Assembly: GCA_031364845.1 (NCBI GenBank)
Contig: JANLWX010000166.1
Location: forward strand, 1-33,321
DNA from: Candidatus Eiseniibacteriota bacterium
Lineage (GTDB): Bacteria > Eisenbacteria > RBG-16-71-46
Direction of reading: 5' to 3'
Length of the DNA stretch: 33,321 bases
Below are positions 27,671 through 33,321 of the stretch, piece after piece; position 1 is the first letter of the stretch; every line of letters begins with the position of its first letter. Under the pieces are notes generated by a model, which was not told the origin of the DNA, did no database searches, and saw only the letters and a program-made list of their open reading frames with translations. Both the position numbers and the translations under genes were made by a program.

Positions 27671-28194
27671 GAGCCCACCCCCGGAAATACCCCGCGATCG
27701 AGGAGCGGCCGCAGGCCGTCGAGCGAGACGCGCAGATGATCGAGGACCTGAGTGCGCGTGGTACCCATGCGCGCGGCGATCGCGTGGACCGGAAGGCCCT
27801 CGAAGTAGGCGATCTCGATCGCGGCGCGCGCGTCGGGCGGCAGCTGGTCGAGGAAGTTACGGTTCGCCGTCTCGCCGGCGGTGAGGGATGCGGTGGCGCT
27901 CACCGCTACCGCCGAGGAAGCACGCGAGCCCAGCGCCATCTCGCGGCAACGCGCGAGCATGCGGGGCACGAATTCGACGGTGGTCGCCGCCCGTTCGCGA
28001 CGTTCCCAGACTTCGGTGAACAAATGTTCCACGATCTCCCCGGCTCGGGTTTCGTTTCCACACACACGGACGGCCAGCCCATAGAGACACTCCGCAAGCC
28101 GGTCATAGAGCGCCTCGAGCGCCTCCAGCCTGCCCGCGGCCAGGTCTCGCAACAGAGCGGCATCCACTGCGTTCTGGGGTCCGGGAACGGTCAT
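27667..28194 (-). CDS. ECF sigma factor-like protein, degenerate (start ATG 28194 or GTG 28197)
   Basis: DAALL...G..EALEALYDR...LYGLA.RV.G (region 2 start); LDQLP.D.RAAIEIAYFEGL...IA.RMG (region 4); ATGA-coupled to the anti-sigma gene. Confidence 0.8.
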   Translation of the reverse strand: MTVPGPQNAVDAALLRDLAAGRLEALEALYDRLAECLYGLAVRVCGNETRAGEIVEHLFTEVWERRERAATTVEFVPRMLARCREMALGSRASSAVAVSATASLTAGETANRNFLDQLPPDARAAIEIAYFEGLPVHAIAARMGTTRTQVLDHLRVSLDGLRPLLDRGVFPGVGS

Positions 28195-28243
28195 CACGCC
28201 ATCTTCGTTGGGTGAGCAGCGAATGGAACCTCGAATCTTTCGG

Positions 28244-28272
28244 AAGTTAAGGGGGCGGCAGGGGGTGGTCAA
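28244..28272 (-). promoter_or_regulatory. Putative sigma70 promoter for the sigma-like/anti-sigma pair
   Basis: Minus strand TTGACC (28272-28267), 17-nt spacer, TAACTT (28249-28244). Confidence 0.65.
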
Positions 28273-28308
28273 GCTCTACGGCCCGAGATCGAAATCGGAT
28301 GCGTGGAA

Positions 28309-30078
28309 CTACCGACCCGGATTTTCGTCGCCGACGCGCCCGGCGTCCGCAACTTCGAGCCGCGCACGGAACGCGGACTCGCGCGTGGGATCACTCACGT
28401 GATCGAAATAGAACGCGCGCGTCTTTCGATACACCTCGCGAACTTCGTCGTCGCCGAGCGCCGGCATCGCGGCAATGAACTGATCGAGCGTCGCGAGAAA
28501 GTCCGGCACCGCCACCCCGCGTGCGCGCAGTGCGTCCATCACCTGCGGATCCCACGTGATCGCCATCACGGTCAGTGAGTCGAAGCGGATCGGCACGAGC
28601 GGGATGTAGGGTGCCAGCGTGTCCGACAATGCCTTGCCCGAGTACATCCAGAAGTGTGTCCGGCGCGCGATCAGGTAGGGGATCGGCGTCATCTTCTCGT
28701 GGCCGACGCGCCCGCGCTGGACGAGTGGCTGGTGGGCGATCGTCGAATCGGTGAGTCCGGTTGCCGTCTCGATCGCGATCGGCGCGCGCGAGAGATAGGC
28801 GAGCACCGCCTGCCCGCCGCAGAACGCCATGCGGATCGGAAGCCCATCGAACGACGCGCGCAGCCGTCCGCCGAACACCCGGGCGCGTTCCTGCTCGCGC
28901 TCGGTGTAGAACTCCCACTCGTTCACGATGCCGCGCGTCCAGCCCTGGCCGGTGAACGGGTACGGCGTGCACGCGATCGCGACCGCCAGCGCGGCGGCGA
29001 CCGCAAGACGGTGCGGCACGCGCGGCGGAATCCACCGCTCCACGGCGAGCTGAACCAGGATCAACCAGAACGGCGTCGCCGGAATCAACAGACGGGCGTA
29101 CATGAAATCGCCGCCGACGTGCGCGACGTAGAGCGTGTAGATCAGGGCGAACGCCGTCGCGAGCCCCGCAGCTCGCGCGAAGCCGGGCGCAACGGGGTTC
29201 CCGGAGCGTTCGCGCGTTTCCGTGACGGACCCGCGAACGCGCATCAGCGCCAGCCCGCACGCGACAGCGCCCACAGGAAGCACCCAGTACTTGCGGAAGT
29301 AGAGTGCGACGTATGCGAAGCCCTGCGAATACCACGCCCGGTTCGCGGACTTGGCGTAGTACGTGTTCGGAAGGACCTCTCCGTAGTAGGCGACCTTCCA
29401 CGCGAGAAACGGCACGAACAACGCGGCGAACGGCACCGCGAATGCGGCGCTGTCGCGTATGCGGCGCGGCGAGACCACCATCAGGTAGGCGCCCGCGATC
29501 GCAGCGAACAGCACGCCGTCGGGGCGCGTGAGTGCGGCGAGTCCCAGCACGATGCCCGCGGCCGCAGCACGGCGGGGGCGGCCGGGAGCGTCGAGCACCA
29601 GCAGAAAACCCGAAACCGCGAGCAGCGTGAACAGCGAAGTTTCGAGTCCGCTCGTGGCGAAGATCGCGTGATCACGGTGGAGCGCCATGAGCACCGCGGC
29701 GAGCGGCAGCGCCACGCGGAGGTTGCTGGCGTCGGCAGGTGCCTCCGGCCCGGCGGCAGTCGCGCGCCGCCACGCGAACGCCGCGAGCAGCGCGATCGTC
29801 GCGCCATGGCAGGCGATTCCCCAGCCGATGCTCCACGCGTCCGGTGGCGCGCCGAGTGCGATGCCGGCGGCGGTGAAAACCGTCCACAGGAAGTTCGAAT
29901 AACCCTCGACCCGCTCGCCGTCATTGAACGTGAGCCCGAGTCCGTGCACGAGCCGTTCGGCGTAGCGGAACGAGATCCATGCGTCATCGGTGATCCAGCG
30001 CAGCCACCACGCGTGGACGACGCCGGCGACGACGGCGGTGATCGATGTGGCGAGAAATACTCGAGAGTGCGGACGCAC
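28309..30078 (-). CDS. Polytopic membrane GT-C fold glycosyltransferase (AftB-like family)
   Basis: WITDDAWISFRYA...G.GLTFN.GERVEGYSN.LW, FATSGLETSL, LTRPDG, YYGEVLPNTYYAK and VGGDFM.ARL motifs; many TM segments. Confidence 0.8.
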   Translation of the reverse strand: MRPHSRVFLATSITAVVAGVVHAWWLRWITDDAWISFRYAERLVHGLGLTFNDGERVEGYSNFLWTVFTAAGIALGAPPDAWSIGWGIACHGATIALLAAFAWRRATAAGPEAPADASNLRVALPLAAVLMALHRDHAIFATSGLETSLFTLLAVSGFLLVLDAPGRPRRAAAAGIVLGLAALTRPDGVLFAAIAGAYLMVVSPRRIRDSAAFAVPFAALFVPFLAWKVAYYGEVLPNTYYAKSANRAWYSQGFAYVALYFRKYWVLPVGAVACGLALMRVRGSVTETRERSGNPVAPGFARAAGLATAFALIYTLYVAHVGGDFMYARLLIPATPFWLILVQLAVERWIPPRVPHRLAVAAALAVAIACTPYPFTGQGWTRGIVNEWEFYTEREQERARVFGGRLRASFDGLPIRMAFCGGQAVLAYLSRAPIAIETATGLTDSTIAHQPLVQRGRVGHEKMTPIPYLIARRTHFWMYSGKALSDTLAPYIPLVPIRFDSLTVMAITWDPQVMDALRARGVAVPDFLATLDQFIAAMPALGDDEVREVYRKTRAFYFDHVSDPTRESAFRARLEVADAGRVGDENPGR

Positions 30079-30084
30079 GCGGCG

Positions 30085-32241
30085 TCAGTGCGTGATCACG
30101 ACCTTGACCGCGCGCCGTTCGCCACCCGCTTCGAGCACCGCGAAGTAGACGCCGGATTTCACGTATTCGCCCTGCGAGTCGCGGCCGCTCCAGTCCACGC
30201 GATGGGTACCACCCGCGAACCGTGTGCCGGCCACGCGCGACATGCGCCTCCCGGCCATGTCGAAGATGTCGAGCCGCACATCGCCCGAGCGGGGCAGCGT
30301 GAAGTCGAAGCGTGCTCCACGGCGCGCCGGGTTGGCGGAGGCGAGGGCGAGCGCGAGTGATGCCCGTGGTGCGGGCGGATCGCCCACCGCGAGGATCCCG
30401 GGACCCTTCAAGATCGTGAAGCTGTCGAGTGCCGCGCCGACGTTATCGATGAAGCGGGCGTCGAGCCGGTTGCCGTTGACGTCGAGCACCAGCGAGCCGA
30501 GCAGGTTGAACGACTCGACCATCACCGGATGATCGAGGGTTCCGCCCGAGGTGGTTCCCGAACTTCCTGCGACGACGTACACCGCGCCCTCGAAGGGTCC
30601 GGTGCCGAGCGTCGGCTTCACATAGGCGCCGTCGATGCCGGGTCGGCCATAGCCCGAGTCGACCTTCATCTCCGAGGCCAGCGTGCCCGAAGTTCCGTAG
30701 TGCCCATTGAGCAGGAACGAACGCTCGTAAGAGTGGCTGTGTCCGGTCAGCACCAGATCGACACCCGTCGAATCGAGGATCGGAAGGATGTTGCGGCGCA
30801 CCGTGCCCATGCGCGCGCCGCTGTCGCTGTCGTTGTCCGAGATGTGGGAACCGCTTGTGTAGGGCGGGTGATGCCAGAACGCGATCGTCCACGGCTGGTT
30901 CGTCGCGGCGATGTCCTGGCGCAGCCACACCGCCATGCCGCTGTTCGTCAGCATGCTCGTGCCTTCGGTATCGAGGCAGATGAAGTGGATGTTCCCATAG
31001 TCGAACGAGTAGTACGCCTCGGACGTCGAGGGGATCCCGCCCGCCTCGCCGGCGATCGGCATCGTGAAGTAATCGTAATAGTCGTTCGCGGGCCCGCCGT
31101 AGACCAGATCGTGATTGCCGCGCGTCGGCCACAGGCACGACTTGCGCAGAAGTCCCCGATACATGTTGAAGACACCATTGGTGTATTCGGCGTCGGTGCC
31201 GTTGTTGTATGCGTTGTCGCCCAGCATCAGCCACAGATCGGTTTCGCGACTGCCCGTGTAGTTTTCGTAGGCGGTGCGAACCTGACGCTGGCCGGTGGAG
31301 TTCCAGCCCGCATCCCCGATCACCCACGCGCGCGTCGGGACGGCATCACCGGGAACCGGATTCGTGCGGAAGTACGTGCTGTCGTCTGCGCCAGCGAGCG
31401 GCGCGGCGTAATCGCCGATCGCGTAGTAGTAGCGCGTCTGCGGCGTAAGCCCCGTGATCCGGACTTCGTGCTCGGTGGTGGAGGTGGGATCGCTCGCCAT
31501 CTGGTTGAGATTGCCGGGCGCGTCTCCATACCACACGCGGCTGTTGGAGCCGATGTCGCTGCGCCACCGCACTGACATCTCCGACGAAGTCGCATTCTGG
31601 ATATACGGTCCGCGCGTCACCGCCGGCACCACCGAATGGATCAACTCCAGATCCATCGCCAGATCCGAACTGGTGGCGGAGGTCTGATGGAGCTCGACCG
31701 CGATCGTATTCACGGCGTTGCCCACCAGGAGCGGGATACCTGCCGACACGTCGATGCCTTCGTAGCTGTTGAACGACTCGTGATCGGTCGCGAGCGTGCC
31801 CCACGAGATCGTGCCGGCGGGGAGCGCCTTGCGGGCGACTTCGACGCCGTTGATGTAGACGACCGCGCCATCGTCGTAGACCATGCCGACCCGGAGCGTT
31901 CCGATGCCCGACGGATCCTCGTTCAAGAAGAACGTCTTTCTGAAGTAGTACGAGATCCACTTGTTGTTCGGGTTGCCGCCGTACGGCAGGTTCGGAACGG
32001 TCACATAGGCCTCGCCGTATCCCATCGGTCCGGTTCCCGTGCTCCAACCGGTCTCTGCGAATCCCGGAGCCTGCCATCCCGCGCCGGGATCGGTCGGGCC
32101 CGCGTACCACTTCCACGAACTCTGACGCGGGACCAGAGTGACGGGCGCCGCCCATGCGCTCACGGTGAGCGTCGCACCGAGCAGTGTGAACAGCAGTGCG
32201 ACGAACGCGGGGCGCATGGATGCGGATCGAATCGGGCTCAC
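30085..32241 (-). CDS. Secreted purple acid phosphatase-type metallophosphoesterase with an N-terminal beta-sandwich domain and a C-terminal FlgD/T9SS type A-like domain
   Basis: GTG at 32241 (GTGA overlap with the TPR gene, SD GAGGA); signal peptide; ligand motifs GDAG, GDNAY, GNHD, WHHPPY, GHSH; C-terminal NPAR...LDIFDMAGR...W.GRD..G..V.SGVYF...KVVI. Confidence 0.88.
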   Translation of the reverse strand: MSPIRSASMRPAFVALLFTLLGATLTVSAWAAPVTLVPRQSSWKWYAGPTDPGAGWQAPGFAETGWSTGTGPMGYGEAYVTVPNLPYGGNPNNKWISYYFRKTFFLNEDPSGIGTLRVGMVYDDGAVVYINGVEVARKALPAGTISWGTLATDHESFNSYEGIDVSAGIPLLVGNAVNTIAVELHQTSATSSDLAMDLELIHSVVPAVTRGPYIQNATSSEMSVRWRSDIGSNSRVWYGDAPGNLNQMASDPTSTTEHEVRITGLTPQTRYYYAIGDYAAPLAGADDSTYFRTNPVPGDAVPTRAWVIGDAGWNSTGQRQVRTAYENYTGSRETDLWLMLGDNAYNNGTDAEYTNGVFNMYRGLLRKSCLWPTRGNHDLVYGGPANDYYDYFTMPIAGEAGGIPSTSEAYYSFDYGNIHFICLDTEGTSMLTNSGMAVWLRQDIAATNQPWTIAFWHHPPYTSGSHISDNDSDSGARMGTVRRNILPILDSTGVDLVLTGHSHSYERSFLLNGHYGTSGTLASEMKVDSGYGRPGIDGAYVKPTLGTGPFEGAVYVVAGSSGTTSGGTLDHPVMVESFNLLGSLVLDVNGNRLDARFIDNVGAALDSFTILKGPGILAVGDPPAPRASLALALASANPARRGARFDFTLPRSGDVRLDIFDMAGRRMSRVAGTRFAGGTHRVDWSGRDSQGEYVKSGVYFAVLEAGGERRAVKVVITH

Positions 32242-33131
32242 GGTGTGTTCCTCGAGGTCGTCGGTTCTGAAGTGGACTCTGATTTCGGATCTTCGTGGAG
32301 CGCGAGCCGCACGCGGGATTCGAGTGCGACCAGAGCGGGAGCCGCGCGCTTGTGCGCCGGAAGCTTCTCGATCACGGTGAGGGCATCGGACCACGCCACC
32401 CACGCTTCGAGCGGGCGCCCGGCGGCGGCAAGGATTTCTCCGCGGCGCGCGAGCAGCGTTTCTTTGCGCGGGAAGCGGGCGAGCATGCCGTCGATGCGCG
32501 CGAGTGCTAAGTCGGTCGCACCGGTGCGCGCTTCGATGTCGATCGCCAGATCCAGCAGCGCTGGCGAAGGACCCAGCGTCCGGAGACCTTCGTCGAGACT
32601 CGCGAGTGCCCGCTGATCGCCTTCGCTGCCGAACGTCGTCATCAAGCGGGCGCGCTGCAGCCACAGGTCCGGCATCGCGCGGCGTGTGTGCGCGATCGCG
32701 GCGTCCAGATCCGAGATCGCGTCCTGCGCGCGTCCCAGCGCCGCGCGAACTTCGGCGCGCAGCGCGCGTGCTTCCACGAGATGAGGCGCGGCCGCGATCA
32801 CCGGATCGAGTTGAGCCTCGGCCGCCATGAGCCGCCCCGCGTCCCGCAGCATCGCCGCGCGCACGATATCGACCAGCGGCGAGCCCGGCAGCAGACGCTG
32901 CGCTTCGCGCAGATCGGCCTCGGCGCGCTGGGGCTGCTCGTTCATCCGCAGCAATTCGGCGCGGGTCAGGTAGAGGGACGCGTCCGCAGGGGTGACCGTG
33001 ATCTGGCGCGTCAGGTCGTCGATCTGGGCGCGAAGCGTCTCGTGCCCCGCCGACGGGAGGGTGAGGCCGATGGCGCTAAGCAACGTAAGCGCAAGGGATA
33101 GCACGGGAACGCGATAGAGTTGGATTCGCAC
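32238..33131 (-). CDS. Exported tetratricopeptide repeat protein
   Basis: Signal peptide ending SAG-HE; repeated helical units P.DASLYLTRAEL, ARALRAEVRAALGR..DAI.DLD.AI and LARRGEILAAAGR..EA...W..AL. Confidence 0.8.
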   Translation of the reverse strand: MRIQLYRVPVLSLALTLLSAIGLTLPSAGHETLRAQIDDLTRQITVTPADASLYLTRAELLRMNEQPQRAEADLREAQRLLPGSPLVDIVRAAMLRDAGRLMAAEAQLDPVIAAAPHLVEARALRAEVRAALGRAQDAISDLDAAIAHTRRAMPDLWLQRARLMTTFGSEGDQRALASLDEGLRTLGPSPALLDLAIDIEARTGATDLALARIDGMLARFPRKETLLARRGEILAAAGRPLEAWVAWSDALTVIEKLPAHKRAAPALVALESRVRLALHEDPKSESTSEPTTSRNTP

Positions 33132-33183
33132 GCGTCAAGAGTACCCCAGTCCACCGGCGGTCGCGAGGACGGATTGGTCTGGC

Positions 33184-33321
33184 TGTAGATGCCAGATGAT
33201 TCTGTCCTCCCCTAATTGCAAAGTGATTATGTCCCCCCATGGGACATCTCACGATGAGCGACAAGGAAGCGCAGCGGCCGGGCATCGTTCGGGCCGCACT
33301 GAACGGGAAGGTTACGAATGC
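33184..33321 (+). mobile_element. Left end of a probable IS1202/ISNCY-type insertion sequence (truncated by the window)
   Basis: Lower-GC segment starting TGTAGATG; two imperfect direct repeats TGCnAnnTGATTnTGTCCnCCC spaced 27 bp apart; followed by a transposase-like ORF start. Confidence 0.6.
33239..33321 (+). CDS. Probable transposase N-terminus (partial)
   Basis: MGHLTMSDKEAQRPGIVRAALNGKVTN..., matching the LTMS.KE..R..V......G..T pattern that precedes the HTH of ISNCY/IS1202-type transposases; only 27 codons visible. Confidence 0.55.
   Translation, partial: MGHLTMSDKEAQRPGIVRAALNGKVTN

Noticed and set aside
28225..28248. ECF-type promoter GGAAC-N16-GTT on the plus strand
   Set aside because: It points away from the sigma-like gene into the 3' end of the GT-C gene, and the spacing is a base shorter than typical; likely chance.
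1667..32664. Extended starts in the ORF track (rplW 1667, rpsS 2650, rplN 4990, rplX 5175, rpsH 6696, rpoA 13939, typA 17005, kinase 18813, sigma 28272, phosphatase 32664)
   Set aside because: They run into upstream genes or promoter elements. Downstream starts match family N-termini or have SD sequences or stop-start overlaps. The TTG at 28272 is the -35 box.
33140..33183. dif/XerCD-like target site next to the IS end
   Set aside because: The flank is GC-rich and lacks the 11-6-11 XerC/XerD pattern (no TTATGTTAAAT-like arm).
23176..33321. Genomic island or prophage integrated at tRNA-Asn
   Set aside because: No integrase or phage genes, no duplicated tRNA 3' end found in the window, and no obvious compositional shift.

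Overview
High-GC bacterial chromosome segment. The ribosomal gene order and a FlgD/T9SS-type C-terminal domain suggest an FCB-group organism such as Ca. Eisenbacteria (inference only). Positions 1-15.7 kb hold the 3' end of tuf and a complete S10-spc-alpha cluster (rpsJ to rplQ, with secY, adk, map, infA, rpmJ). Several intergenic spacers in this cluster are unusually long and structured, and L5 has a long basic N-terminal extension. Downstream on the + strand are a YddW/DigH-like glycoside hydrolase coupled to typA, and a three-gene signalling operon (hybrid histidine kinase, DivK-like receiver, output-less receiver) whose products all end in R(E)EAA. These are followed by tRNA-Asn(GTT) and a TM0106-family nuclease/exonuclease/SF1 helicase fusion. 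The - strand carries a TPR / purple acid phosphatase / GT-C glycosyltransferase operon and a degenerate ECF sigma-like gene paired with a ChrR-type double-cupin anti-sigma. The window ends in the left end of a probable IS1202/ISNCY-type insertion sequence. The best candidates for undescribed biology are the signalling operon, the pseudo-sigma/anti-sigma pair and the structured RNAs inside the ribosomal cluster. Family assignments come from motif recognition, not database searches.
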